NCBI GenBank assembly: GCA_902798695.1
Contig: CADBXK010000003.1
Location: 2,849-66,848, forward strand
DNA from: Oscillospiraceae bacterium
GTDB taxonomy: Bacteria > Bacillota > Clostridia > Oscillospirales > Ruminococcaceae
DNA: 64,000 nt
Reading direction: 5' to 3'
Both the position numbers and the translations under genes were made by a program. Positions 1 through 9,401 of the stretch are shown one piece after another. A model generated the notes under the pieces. The model did not search any database, had not been told where the DNA came from, and saw nothing but the letters and a program-made list of their open reading frames with translations. Every line of letters begins with the position of its first letter. Position 1 is the stretch's first letter.

Positions 1-749
1 AAGATGAAGATTTTTTATATACTTGGAATTTGTGGATCGATGAAGCTAACGATGATGGTGGATTTGCAGATGTTTTAAATTCACATATATCTTCCAAACG
101 TCCTGTTAATTTTAAGCAACCTGATTGCGTAAAAATTGAAATATATGAATCTATTGCTGGTAGGATACCAATAATTATTATCGGTAATGATGACGATTTT
201 GAGCAATTTATTGTGAATGTTGCTTACGGAGGTGTTAGGCCAGATAATATTCAGCAACAAGGAGCGTCATTTTTGGCCGGGAAAAAGAATAGATTTATTG
301 TCCTTTCTGAAAAACCTTACAGTAATATTCCGGCAGAATGGATGCGGCTATCATATGGCGACTGGAGAAAAAAGTCTATGATTTTGAGAAGAGCTCACGA
401 GTGCACGCATTATTATACCAGGAGATATTATGGTACAGCTGATAATAATTTACATGATGAATTAATGGCTGATTTTTTTGGATTATATGCTGCATTTAAA
501 GAATATAAGGCAAAATGGTTTTTGCATTTTATGGGCGTTGATGGGGAAAATAAAAATGGAAGATTATCGTTGTATGTTAAAAATCTTCCTAATAAAGTGG
601 CTGAAGCTATTGGTGAAACTGCAGTGTATTGTGCAAAGTTTTTGGAAAAATGGTCGTTATCTAAAGAATTTATTGAAATGAGTGATTCTGAGAGAGTAGA
701 TTTTCTCTGTGAGTTAGGAATTGTAGGTATGCTTGAAAAAAGTGAATAA
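1..749 (+). CDS. Hypothetical protein with an HExxH motif (putative zinc-dependent hydrolase); 5' end lies outside the window
   Basis: The reading frame is open from base 3 (DEDFLYTWNLWIDE...), so the TTG at 30 is probably not the true start. It contains AHECTH (HExxH) followed about 20 aa later by HDELMAD. There is no signal peptide or TM segment in the visible part. I do not recognise the family. Confidence 0.5.
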   Translation, partial: DEDFLYTWNLWIDEANDDGGFADVLNSHISSKRPVNFKQPDCVKIEIYESIAGRIPIIIIGNDDDFEQFIVNVAYGGVRPDNIQQQGASFLAGKKNRFIVLSEKPYSNIPAEWMRLSYGDWRKKSMILRRAHECTHYYTRRYYGTADNNLHDELMADFFGLYAAFKEYKAKWFLHFMGVDGENKNGRLSLYVKNLPNKVAEAIGETAVYCAKFLEKWSLSKEFIEMSDSERVDFLCELGIVGMLEKSE

Positions 750-760
750 ACTTAGAAAAA

Positions 761-806
761 AATTAGCAATGATTTTAAATGTCTATAAATCATTGCTAAT
801 TTTTAT
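761..806. terminator. Bidirectional intrinsic terminator between convergent genes
   Basis: Perfect 15-bp arms aattagcaatgattt / aaatcattgctaatt around an 11-12 nt loop. It is flanked by an A-run upstream and a T-run downstream. Confidence 0.75.
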
Positions 807-817
807 TATATTAATTT

Positions 818-3199
818 TTAATTTTTTAGTAACCTAGAAGTCGATAATTGCAATAATCTTAATAAGGGATAGTTTAAAACCATGAGAATTATTAAAACAA
901 TTAAAGCTGTAGTAGAAATTGAAACTAACGAGAAAAAGTTAGGTAATACAAATATTACAACTACCATGCTAATAGTCATTGATAAGAAAATCGCTAAACG
1001 TTTCCAGTTTAGTGGTCTGCATACTTCAAATAGAACTAAAAGACCATTTGTTGCTAAAAGAACAGTAGCTGTTGTTGATAGTTCTTTTAAGTCAAAAGAA
1101 AATATTGATGAACAAATTTGAAGCATTATAATGATTGAAATGTTACACAGTCCACCAGGAAGAGCTTTTTTTAAAACATTTACTATAAATCTCCCTTTTA
1201 CAATTGAGGTGGTTGGTTCTATTGTTAGGAAAAATGAAGGGACACCTATGGTGAAGAAGCTTATTAATGTCCATTGAAATGGGGTTATTGGATATGGTAC
1301 ATTAGCAAACAAAGCTATAATGGAAAAAATAAATGAAAATATATTTTTAACTAAAAATAATGAGGCTGAGCGTTCTATGTTATTTATAACGCGTCTACCT
1401 TCCATAACAACTTTTGGCATTGATGCAAAATTAGAATTTAATAAAACAAGTTCAGAAGCCTGACATGCGGCATCGCTTCCCGAGGCCATTGCGATTCCAA
1501 CATCTGCATTTTTTAAAGCTAAAACGTCGTTAACACCGTCTCCTGTCATTGCTACAGTATGCTTTTTGTTTTCTTTTAGAATTTTTACAAATGTACGTTT
1601 CTGATCAGGAGTTACACGTCCAAAAACGGTATATTTTTCAATTGCATGCTGAATATCTTGTTCTGTTTTAAGAGTTGATGCATCTATATATTTATCAGCA
1701 TTTTCAATTTTTGCTCTTTTTGCAATTTTAGAGACAGCTACCGGATTATCTCCGGAAATAACTTTTATTTCAACACCTTGATCTCTAAAAAATTGGAAAG
1801 TTTTGGGAGCTTCCTCTCTTATAGGATTTTCTATTAACACTAAACCAAGTGGGGATACGTCTCCATTTAAATTGTTTTTTTCAATAGTTCCGTTTAAACT
1901 TGCTAATAAAAGAACTCTGGTTCCCTGCGATATGTATTTGCTTACCATAGGTTCTATAGATTTGTATTCTTCTTTTAGTATAAACTCTGGTGCACCTATT
2001 ATATAGGTTCCGTGGTTTGCAAAGTCGGCTGCGGTCCACTTAGTTGATGATAAAAATGGATGAAATTGCCTAATTTTCCATTTGTTAGGTTCATTAAAAT
2101 GTTCTTTTAAAGCTCTAGATGTAGCATTATCCGCTTGCATGTTAGAGGATATTGCATTTATAATTTCATGCAAATCGTTTGGATTATTGTTAAATAGTGG
2201 AACAACATCGGTAACTTTCATATTTGGTTCTGTAATTGTACCGGTTTTGTCAACACATAAAACATCAACTCTCGCTAAAGTTTCTATAGCTCCCATGTCG
2301 TGAACAAGAGTTTTTGATTCAAGAAGATTTATAACACTAATAGCTAATGCAATGCTAGTTAGCAAATACAGGCCTTCGGGAATCATACCTACAAGAGCAG
2401 ACACTGTAGTTGTTACTGAATCCTTGTAAGTCATACTTAATACAAAAGTTTGTTTGAAAAATAATATAAGACCTATTGGAATTATTGTAAAACCAATTAC
2501 TCTAATTAATTTATCTAATGAAGCCATCATGTCTGATTGTGGTTTTTTAACTTGTTTTTTTGCTTCAGCAACTAATTTAGACGCATAAGAATCCTCTCCA
2601 ACATTGTCTAATCTAGCAAAACATTCTCCAGAAAGAACAAAACTTCCAGACAGTAATTCTTGACCAACTTTTTTTGGTATTGGATCAGATTCTCCGGTTA
2701 GTAAAGATTCGTCTACTTGAATATTTCCTTTTAATATTGTGGAATCTGCCGTGATTTGATCACCCGATTTAAGAATAACTATATCATCTCTAACTAACTC
2801 ATTATTTAGAACAGACACTCTTTTGCCGTCTCTAATTACAATGGATTTTGGCGATGAAATTAAAGTTAATTTATCTAGTTTTATTTTTGATCTAATTTGT
2901 TGAAAAATACCAATAAGAGTATTTAAAATTACTATTAATAGAAAAAACATGTCTTTGTGTGAATGAGCCAAAAATAGACATATCCCCAATATAAAAAATA
3001 TTAAATTAAAAAAAGTAAAAACGTTATCAAATATAATCTGACCTATAGTTTTATAAGATTGGTTGTGGCATATATTTGAGTAACCAGCTTCTTTTAATTT
3101 GTTTACTTGTAGAGACGTTAAACCTTTTTCTGGGATTGTTTTTATTCTTTCAATATATTGTCTTTGAATTTTTTTCTTTTTTTTGAATTTTAACTGCAT
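818..3199 (-). CDS. Cation-translocating P-type ATPase (P2/Ca2+- or Mg2+-type, HAD superfamily)
   Basis: Carries the LTGESDPI, PEGL, DKTGTIT phosphorylation and TGDGVNDVLALKNADVGIAM hinge motifs, with multiple TM helices at both ends. Confidence 0.9.
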   Translation of the reverse strand: MQLKFKKKKKIQRQYIERIKTIPEKGLTSLQVNKLKEAGYSNICHNQSYKTIGQIIFDNVFTFFNLIFFILGICLFLAHSHKDMFFLLIVILNTLIGIFQQIRSKIKLDKLTLISSPKSIVIRDGKRVSVLNNELVRDDIVILKSGDQITADSTILKGNIQVDESLLTGESDPIPKKVGQELLSGSFVLSGECFARLDNVGEDSYASKLVAEAKKQVKKPQSDMMASLDKLIRVIGFTIIPIGLILFFKQTFVLSMTYKDSVTTTVSALVGMIPEGLYLLTSIALAISVINLLESKTLVHDMGAIETLARVDVLCVDKTGTITEPNMKVTDVVPLFNNNPNDLHEIINAISSNMQADNATSRALKEHFNEPNKWKIRQFHPFLSSTKWTAADFANHGTYIIGAPEFILKEEYKSIEPMVSKYISQGTRVLLLASLNGTIEKNNLNGDVSPLGLVLIENPIREEAPKTFQFFRDQGVEIKVISGDNPVAVSKIAKRAKIENADKYIDASTLKTEQDIQHAIEKYTVFGRVTPDQKRTFVKILKENKKHTVAMTGDGVNDVLALKNADVGIAMASGSDAACQASELVLLNSNFASMPKVVMEGRRVINNIERSASLFLVKNIFSFIFSIIALFANVPYPITPFQWTLISFFTIGVPSFFLTIEPTTSIVKGRFIVNVLKKALPGGLCNISIIIMLQICSSIFSFDLKELSTTATVLLATNGLLVLFEVCRPLNWKRLAIFLSMTISMVVVIFVLPNFFSLVSISTTALIVLIILMVLNYPLLRLLQLSTSRLLKN

Positions 3200-3242
3200 A
3201 GAAGATTAACTCCTGTTTTAAATATTGTAATAAAAATTACAA

Positions 3243-4181
3243 TTATAAATTATTTTTTATGGTTGAATATAACCCATCAGCATCAAGCTTGTAGTGCTTT
3301 AACAGTTCTGCAGCTGGTCCAGATTGACCAAATTGATCATCTATTCCAATACGAGTAACTTTAGTTGGATGATTTTCACAAACAACAGAACACACTGCTT
3401 CGCCAAGGCCACCTATTATGTTATGTTCTTCGATAGTGAATATTTGACCTGTCTCAGAAGCTGCTTTTAATATTATGTCTTTATCAATAGGCTTTATTGT
3501 ATGAATATTTATAACTCTAGCATCTATTCCATCTTTTTTTAGCAGATTAGCTGCAGATAGAGTTGCTTTTACAGGTAAGCCAGTAGATATTAATGTTATA
3601 TCTTTACCGTCCTTAAGCTGAATTCCTTTTCCAAATTCGAATTTATAATCATCGTTGTTGTTAACGCTCTCAATGGCTAATCTACCAAGTCTTATATACA
3701 TAGGGCCTTTATGGGTTGCAGCATATTTTACCGCTTCTTGCATTTCATAATGATCACATGGATTTAATATGGACATGTTGGGTATTGATCTCATCAATGC
3801 AATATCCTCACAGCATTGGTGGGTTGCTCCGTCTTCACCAACAGAAATTCCGGCATGAGAACCAGCAATTTTAACATTTAAATTTGGATAAGCAATAGAA
3901 TTTCTGATTTGTTCAAAGCCACGTCCAGCACTAAACATGGCAAAACTTGCTACAAATGGTATTTTACCCATTGTAGATAGGCCTGCTCCAACACCAATCA
4001 TGTTGCACTCTGATATACCACAATCAAAAAAGCGATCTGGGAATGCATTTTTGAAAATTTGAGTTTTTGTAGCAGTAGCTAAATCTGCATCTAAAACAAC
4101 AATATTATCATTTGATTTTGCTACTTCTACCAAAGCTTCTCCAAAACTTTCTCTAGTAGCTTTCTTTATTAATTTTGACAT
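3243..4181 (-). CDS. Transketolase, C-terminal (pyrimidine-binding) subunit of a split enzyme
   Basis: 312 aa with FFDCGISECNMIGVGAGLS and a C-terminal TKC domain. It lies immediately downstream of the N-terminal subunit gene (1-nt gap). Confidence 0.9.
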   Translation of the reverse strand: MSKLIKKATRESFGEALVEVAKSNDNIVVLDADLATATKTQIFKNAFPDRFFDCGISECNMIGVGAGLSTMGKIPFVASFAMFSAGRGFEQIRNSIAYPNLNVKIAGSHAGISVGEDGATHQCCEDIALMRSIPNMSILNPCDHYEMQEAVKYAATHKGPMYIRLGRLAIESVNNNDDYKFEFGKGIQLKDGKDITLISTGLPVKATLSAANLLKKDGIDARVINIHTIKPIDKDIILKAASETGQIFTIEEHNIIGGLGEAVCSVVCENHPTKVTRIGIDDQFGQSGPAAELLKHYKLDADGLYSTIKNNL

Positions 4182-4182
4182 T

Positions 4183-5025
4183 CTAATCCTCCAACTTAGA
4201 CAAAGCAGCCACTAACTCTTTTTTCGCAATATCAAATTGTTCCTTATTAGGAGCAGCGCCATGCCATGATACATTATTTTCCATATATGAAACACACTTG
4301 CCTTTATTTGTTTTCATAATTATAGCAGATGGTTTGGATTTACAATTTTTAGCTTTATTTATAGCATCTTCAATTTGCTCAAAATCATGACCATCTATTT
4401 CTAAAACATTAAATCCGAAAGAACTGAATTTTTCTGGGATATTAGACAAGCCTGCCACTTCTTGAATAGATCCATCTATTTGTAATGAATTGTTATCTAT
4501 AAATAAACAAAGATTATCTAAATTATAATGTGATGCAAACATAGAAGCTTCCCAAACTTGGCCTTCTTCTATTTCGCCGTCGCCTAATATACAATAAACT
4601 CTAACATTGGAGTTGTCTAATTTTGCTCCAAGAGCCATTCCACAAGCAGCAGAAATTCCCTGACCTAAGGAACCTGTAGTCATATCTACGCCGGGAGTGG
4701 ACTTCATACTAGGATGTCCTTGAAGATGAGACCCTAATTTTCTTAATGTTTTTAGGTCTTCTAATTGGAAAAATCCCATATGAGCTAAAATTGAGTATAG
4801 CGCAGGAGCTGCATGTCCTTTTGATAAGACGAGCCTGTCACGATTTGGATTTTGCGGATTTTTAGGATCCACTTTTAATTCTTTGGAATACAAATATGCT
4901 AATAGATCTGCAATTGAAAGAGAACCACCTGGATGACCAGATTGTGCAGAAAATACACTTTCTAAAACTCCTATGCGTATTTTACACGCAAGTTTGCAAA
5001 GATCTTTTATACTTTTACTGTCCAT
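4183..5025 (-). CDS. Transketolase, N-terminal (thiamine-diphosphate-binding) subunit
   Basis: 280 aa with SGHPGGSLS and the GDGEIEEGQVWEA TPP-binding motif. It is adjacent to the C-terminal subunit gene. Confidence 0.9.
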   Translation of the reverse strand: MDSKSIKDLCKLACKIRIGVLESVFSAQSGHPGGSLSIADLLAYLYSKELKVDPKNPQNPNRDRLVLSKGHAAPALYSILAHMGFFQLEDLKTLRKLGSHLQGHPSMKSTPGVDMTTGSLGQGISAACGMALGAKLDNSNVRVYCILGDGEIEEGQVWEASMFASHYNLDNLCLFIDNNSLQIDGSIQEVAGLSNIPEKFSSFGFNVLEIDGHDFEQIEDAINKAKNCKSKPSAIIMKTNKGKCVSYMENNVSWHGAAPNKEQFDIAKKELVAALSKLED

Positions 5026-5066
5026 TTAATTTCTCCCAGCATTTTTAATTATTTTTATATTATAGA

Positions 5067-5101
5067 CTAATGTTATTTTCAATACACAAAGATAACATTA
5101 G
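5067..5101. promoter_or_regulatory. 10-bp perfect inverted repeat in the transketolase upstream region (candidate operator or 5'-UTR hairpin)
   Basis: ctaatgttat-N15-ataacattag lies 40-75 nt upstream of the tkt start (minus strand). It abuts a TATAAT box on the minus strand (complement of 5059..5064). Confidence 0.3.
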
Positions 5102-5284
5102 TAAAAAATGCACTAAAAACAAAGTTTAATTTTGAATTAAAACACACATTTAAATATACTATACAAAGTTTAGTTTGTCAAAAGATAATATCTTAATATT
5201 ATTTGATTTATTATATATTTTATGTATTAATATGCAGTATTTGAAATTTTTAATTTAATGGACAATAATATATAATATGAAGGG

Positions 5285-5587
5285 GTGATTTTTTTGAAAT
5301 ATAATTTTTTAAAGCAAAATGGTAAATTATATATAAAAAATGAGAACATAGTGTTAGGATATATTGAGTTTTTTGATAAAAATAATATAATATCCATTAA
5401 TAAAGTAGTAGTAGAGGAATCATTTAGAGGGCAAGGAATTGCAAATAAGCTTATGGAACAAATTGTTAACATAGCTGACGAGAAAAATAAGAAAATTAAT
5501 CCTGTTTGTTCTTTTGCTGTTAGTTGGTTTGAAAAAAACAAAAATTTTAGTCATGTCCTAGTGAAATTTAATAAATTTTCAAGATAA
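5285..5587 (+). CDS. Small GNAT-like N-acetyltransferase (YjdJ / Acetyltransf_CG type)
   Basis: About 100 aa with the acetyl-CoA-binding RGQGIANKLME motif. The GAAGGGG Shine-Dalgarno sequence favours the TTG at 5294 as the true start. Confidence 0.6.
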   Translation: MIFLKYNFLKQNGKLYIKNENIVLGYIEFFDKNNIISINKVVVEESFRGQGIANKLMEQIVNIADEKNKKINPVCSFAVSWFEKNKNFSHVLVKFNKFSR

Positions 5588-5590
5588 AGG

Positions 5591-6229
5591 CTATGCAATA
5601 AAATTTTTTTGTTGGAGATAATTTTTTATGATGTTTACACAATTATTTATTCCGAGCATTCCGGAGTTTAAACACATGTGATAGTTTTCCATCGACATCC
5701 AGTCTTTATCAGAATATTCGTTGTTGTATTCTCTTCGTTGTTTGTCAATTTTCTTGACTAATTTTTGGATATTATGTTTGTTTTTTATGTTTGGATTATA
5801 TGTAGTAGCACGTTCTACTCGATTGTTTACCGAAGAATTTATAAAAACACTAAAAAGTTTAGGGTGATTTTCTAATATATAATTTGCACATCTTCCTATA
5901 ATGACGCATGAGTGTTTTTTTGCTAATTTTTTTATCAGGTTAGATTGTGCAATAAATAAATCATCATTGATTTGAAATGGAATATTATTAAAAGGAATTA
6001 CATTTTCACTTTGCAAAGAGGCAATGTATGAAATAGGTTTCATAAGGCGTTCATCAAAATCTTTTAGATATTTTTCAGAGTAATTCCAGTCTTTAGAAAT
6101 AGATTTAAGAAGTTTTTTATCATAACAAGGGACGTTAAGCTGTTTAGCCAGTTGATGGCCTATTTCCGATCCGCCACTTCCATAGGTTCTATTTATTGTT
6201 ATTACAAAGTTATTATTAGAATCTTCCAT
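5591..6229 (-). CDS. Cytidylate kinase-like family protein (P-loop NTPase)
   Basis: ITINRTYGSGGSEIGHQLAKQLNVPCYDKKLL matches the N-terminus of the Cytidylate_kin2 family. The start was moved from 6307 to the ATG at 6229, which follows GGAAGTG. Confidence 0.65.
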   Translation of the reverse strand: MEDSNNNFVITINRTYGSGGSEIGHQLAKQLNVPCYDKKLLKSISKDWNYSEKYLKDFDERLMKPISYIASLQSENVIPFNNIPFQINDDLFIAQSNLIKKLAKKHSCVIIGRCANYILENHPKLFSVFINSSVNNRVERATTYNPNIKNKHNIQKLVKKIDKQRREYNNEYSDKDWMSMENYHMCLNSGMLGINNCVNIIKNYLQQKNFIA

Positions 6230-6323
6230 TAAAAACACTTCCAATCTGAAAATATTTTTGTACATATTTTTTATATAATTGTACCATGAATTGTCAAAGT
6301 AATTCAATCAATTAATTTTATAT

Positions 6324-6351
6324 TTGCAAAAACACAAAAATGTTGTATAAT
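6324..6351 (+). promoter_or_regulatory. Sigma-A-type promoter for the permease gene
   Basis: TTGCAA, 16-nt spacer, TATAAT. It lies about 45 nt upstream of the ATG at 6395. Confidence 0.55.
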
Positions 6352-6394
6352 TTAATATGACTGTGACTTTATTTGGAAAGGTGTTTTTATTAGG

Positions 6395-7897
6395 ATGTCG
6401 AAATTAAAAAAATTAAGCACGTTGGGAGTAGTCTTAATAATTTTTTCTGTTGTTTTTGGTTTTAACAACTCTCCTCTTGCTTTTTATCAAATGGGGTATG
6501 GGGCGATACCGTGTTATTTGTTTTGCGGAATAGCTTTTTTTATTCCAATAATGTTTATGGTTGCGGAATATTCTTCTGCGTTTAAGAACGATCATGCGGG
6601 AATTTATACTTGGTTTAAACGTTCTATGGGTGAATCGTATGCGTGCTTAGGAGGATTTATTTTTTATTTTTCGTATTTTACTTGGATGATATACGTGATA
6701 ACAGTGATATGTATACCTATGTCGTCTTTTTTGTTTGGAGAAGATACAACTCAAAGTTGGAGTGTTTTTGGGTGGGATCAGATTAAAACTACAGGTTTTT
6801 TTGCGATTTTATTGATGATATTTATCACTATTTTAGCTACGAGAGGTTTTAATAAAATTTCTGTTATAGCTAGGTTTGGCGGTTTAATGAATGTGGCAAT
6901 AAATGTCACTTTATATAGTGCTAGTTTTATCGTGCTGATTTTGACTAAAGGAGAATTTGCACAGCCAATAGATGGTATATCATCTTTTATTTCGTCGCCT
7001 AATACGGAACACGGAGATATGCTCTATGTTTTGAGTTTTATTATGTTGGCATTGTTTGCCTATGGTGGTCCTGAAAGTTTAAGTAGTTTAGTTGAAAAAG
7101 CTAGATCTCCAAGAATTTTTGCTAGGGGTGTTTTGATTTCAGCAGTGCTTATTACTGTTGGATATTCATTATCAATATTCTGTTGGGGAATAAGCTACAA
7201 TTGGAACGATTTGAACGTGGCAGAAGGAGTCAACATGGGGAATATTACCTATGTTATGATGGGTAATTTGGGCTATAAATTAGGACTTGCAATGGGGTGG
7301 TCTCATGATTGGGCTTTGTCATTGGGAGGTTGGTTTACTAGAGCCGTTGGCTTTTCAATTTTTATGACATATATGGGTGCGTTTTTTGCTATGATATATG
7401 CTCCATTGAAAACTGTTTTGGAGGGAGCTCCTAAAGGATTTTGGCCTAAATTTGTAACTAAGAAAAATAAATTTGACATGCCTCATGTTGCTATGTGGAT
7501 TCAAACTTTTGCTGTTTGCATTGTGGTTTTTCTGATGTCTTTTAGTGGACAAGGATCAAAATCTTTTTATAGAACTGTAATACTTTTGGCGGATGTTGCA
7601 AATGCTTTACCATATTTATTTTTATCTTTTGCATTTCCTGCTTTTAGGAATAATAGTAGTTTGAATCATAGTTATAAATTGTTGAAATCTAAAATTTCGG
7701 TATATTTTGCTGCTATTTTAGTATTTGTAATAGACTTGTTTGCTAATATATTCATTGTTATTGACCCCATAATAAAGGAAGGAGAAGATGGTATTTATCT
7801 GGCTTTATGGATGGTGGGTGGACCTACTGTTGTTTTAATAATTGCTTTTGCTATGATTTTGAGATATAAAAAAAGAATAAGAGTTAGTGAACAATAA
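6395..7897 (+). CDS. Amino acid permease (APC superfamily, YjeM/GadC-like)
   Basis: 500 aa with about 12 predicted TM helices and a basic C-terminal tail. The overall pattern is typical of APC transporters. Confidence 0.7.
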   Translation: MSKLKKLSTLGVVLIIFSVVFGFNNSPLAFYQMGYGAIPCYLFCGIAFFIPIMFMVAEYSSAFKNDHAGIYTWFKRSMGESYACLGGFIFYFSYFTWMIYVITVICIPMSSFLFGEDTTQSWSVFGWDQIKTTGFFAILLMIFITILATRGFNKISVIARFGGLMNVAINVTLYSASFIVLILTKGEFAQPIDGISSFISSPNTEHGDMLYVLSFIMLALFAYGGPESLSSLVEKARSPRIFARGVLISAVLITVGYSLSIFCWGISYNWNDLNVAEGVNMGNITYVMMGNLGYKLGLAMGWSHDWALSLGGWFTRAVGFSIFMTYMGAFFAMIYAPLKTVLEGAPKGFWPKFVTKKNKFDMPHVAMWIQTFAVCIVVFLMSFSGQGSKSFYRTVILLADVANALPYLFLSFAFPAFRNNSSLNHSYKLLKSKISVYFAAILVFVIDLFANIFIVIDPIIKEGEDGIYLALWMVGGPTVVLIIAFAMILRYKKRIRVSEQ

Positions 7898-7936
7898 TGT
7901 TCGTTGAAATTATTTTTAAAATTTGGAAATAAGCTA

Positions 7937-7965
7937 TTGACACGTGACAACATATAGTATATAAT
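7937..7965 (+). promoter_or_regulatory. Consensus sigma-A promoter of the tRNA-Gly/tRNA-Cys operon
   Basis: Perfect TTGACA, 17-nt spacer, TATAAT. It lies about 100 nt upstream of tRNA-Gly. Confidence 0.7.
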
Positions 7966-8068
7966 TTAAATCGTCGTTTTGATGTGTTTGATTTTGTTTG
8001 TAGTTTTTGGAATTGTTTTTTGAAAAGTTTAATATATATTGAATGTGGGTTTATGTTCAATATGTTTT

Positions 8069-8144
8069 GCGGGTTTAGCTCATCTGGTAGAGCGCCACCT
8101 TGCCAAGGTGGAGGTAGCGAGTTCGAGCCTCGTAACCCGCTCCA
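8069..8144 (+). tRNA. tRNA-Gly (anticodon GCC), CCA encoded
   Basis: The gcgggtt / aacccgc acceptor stem, a ccacc-TTGCCAA-ggtgg anticodon arm, a GTTCGAGCC T-arm and a terminal tCCA fold by hand into a cloverleaf. Confidence 0.9.
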
Positions 8145-8146
8145 GT

Positions 8147-8220
8147 GGCGATGTAGCCAAGTGGTAAGGCATGGGTCTGCAACACCCTGATCACCAGTTC
8201 GAATCTGGTCGTCGCCTCCA
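8147..8220 (+). tRNA. tRNA-Cys (anticodon GCA), CCA encoded
   Basis: The ggcgatg / cgtcgcc acceptor stem (one G-U pair), a CTGCAAC anticodon loop, a GTTCGAATC T-loop and a terminal tCCA. It starts 2 nt after tRNA-Gly. Confidence 0.9.
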
Positions 8221-8226
8221 ATTAGA

Positions 8227-8259
8227 GTTAGCAGGATGGTTTTCTTGTTAACTTTTTTG
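8227..8259 (+). terminator. Intrinsic terminator of the tRNA operon
   Basis: gttagcagga / tcttgttaac forms a 10-bp stem (two G-U pairs) with a 6-nt loop, followed by TTTTTTG. Confidence 0.7.
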
Positions 8260-8319
8260 TTTTTTGTCGATATTTGAATGAAAATTTTGCTTTGTAGAAT
8301 GTAAGCAAGGGAGATATTA

Positions 8320-9345
8320 TTGATTATGCTTATAGTTTTAAAACAAGGTGCTAATAATGCTCAAATTAATGCGTTTTTAGATTTGCTTAGGATAGAATAT
8401 GGGTTGAAATTTAAGTTGACTGAGAAAAATAATAGAAAATTAGTAATGTTATTGGGAAAAGATTTTAAAAAAATTGATATGAATTTATTGTTAAGTTTTG
8501 ATTGTGTGGATTATGTGAATGAATCGGATGAGGATGTTAGACTTGTTGATAAGACGTTTAATGATCAAAACACGGTGATTAAGGTTGGAGATAAGGTTAT
8601 TGGAGAAGCAAACTTCTGTGTTATAGGAGGGCCTTGTTCTGTTGAAAGCGAAGAACAGATATATCATATTGCTGATAAAATGAAAAGTGTTGGAGTGAAA
8701 TTTTTGAGAGGTGGTGCCTTTAAACCTAGAACCTCACCATATTCTTTTCAAGGTTTGGGGAAAAAGGGTCTAGAGTTGCTTTTGAATGTGAAACGATTAA
8801 CTGGACTTTGTGTAGTTACAGAACTTGTAGATCTTAAATATTTGGATTTGTTTTCTGATGTGGATATAATACAAGTTGGTGCCAGAAATATGCAAAATTT
8901 TGAGATGCTTAAAGAATTAGGAAAATGTCAAAAGCCGATATTATTGAAACGAGGCATTTCTAGTACGATTCATGAGTGGCTAATGAGTGCTGAATATATA
9001 TTGTCCGGTGGAAATGCCAATGTAATATTATGTGAGAGAGGAATAAGAACCTATGAGACTTTTACTAGAAACACTTTGGATATTTCAGCCGTATCTATTA
9101 TAAAAGAAATTTCCCACTTACCAATTGTTGTAGATCCCAGTCATGCGGCGGGTGTGAAGTGGTTGGTTGAACCGTTGTCTAAGGCAGCCATAGCAGCAGG
9201 AGCAGATGGGGTTATGGTTGAAGTTCATGATTGCCCTGCTGAGGCGTTGTCCGATGGAAATCAGGCATTAGATTTGGACGAGTTTGGTGATTTTATAGAT
9301 AGTATAAAACCGTTTGTTCATGTGGCAAATAAGAAAATGTTATAA
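8320..9345 (+). CDS. aroF: 3-deoxy-7-phosphoheptulonate (DAHP) synthase, type I-beta, with an N-terminal ferredoxin-like regulatory domain
   Basis: The GGPCSVES, KPRTSPYSFQGLG and VDPSH motifs follow an N-terminal extension of about 75 aa, as in the Thermotoga/Clostridia enzymes. The start is either the TTG at 8320 or the ATG at 8326. Confidence 0.85.
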   Translation: MIMLIVLKQGANNAQINAFLDLLRIEYGLKFKLTEKNNRKLVMLLGKDFKKIDMNLLLSFDCVDYVNESDEDVRLVDKTFNDQNTVIKVGDKVIGEANFCVIGGPCSVESEEQIYHIADKMKSVGVKFLRGGAFKPRTSPYSFQGLGKKGLELLLNVKRLTGLCVVTELVDLKYLDLFSDVDIIQVGARNMQNFEMLKELGKCQKPILLKRGISSTIHEWLMSAEYILSGGNANVILCERGIRTYETFTRNTLDISAVSIIKEISHLPIVVDPSHAAGVKWLVEPLSKAAIAAGADGVMVEVHDCPAEALSDGNQALDLDEFGDFIDSIKPFVHVANKKML

Positions 9346-9401
9346 TTTTATTTGGGATTTTCAATGTGATTTTAAATTTTATTTTTGAGGTGAATTATTT
9401 T

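Noticed and set aside
5285-6229. The small GNAT next to a P-loop kinase-like gene as a possible toxin-antitoxin or defence pair.
   Set aside because: The genes are convergent, not co-transcribed. The GNAT is the 100-aa YjdJ type, not a TacT/AtaT-type toxin, and there is no RHH/HTH antitoxin partner.
7984-8190. A 68-aa ORF spanning the intergenic region.
   Set aside because: It reads straight through tRNA-Gly and tRNA-Cys, and its GC-rich part is the tRNA sequence. It is not a gene.
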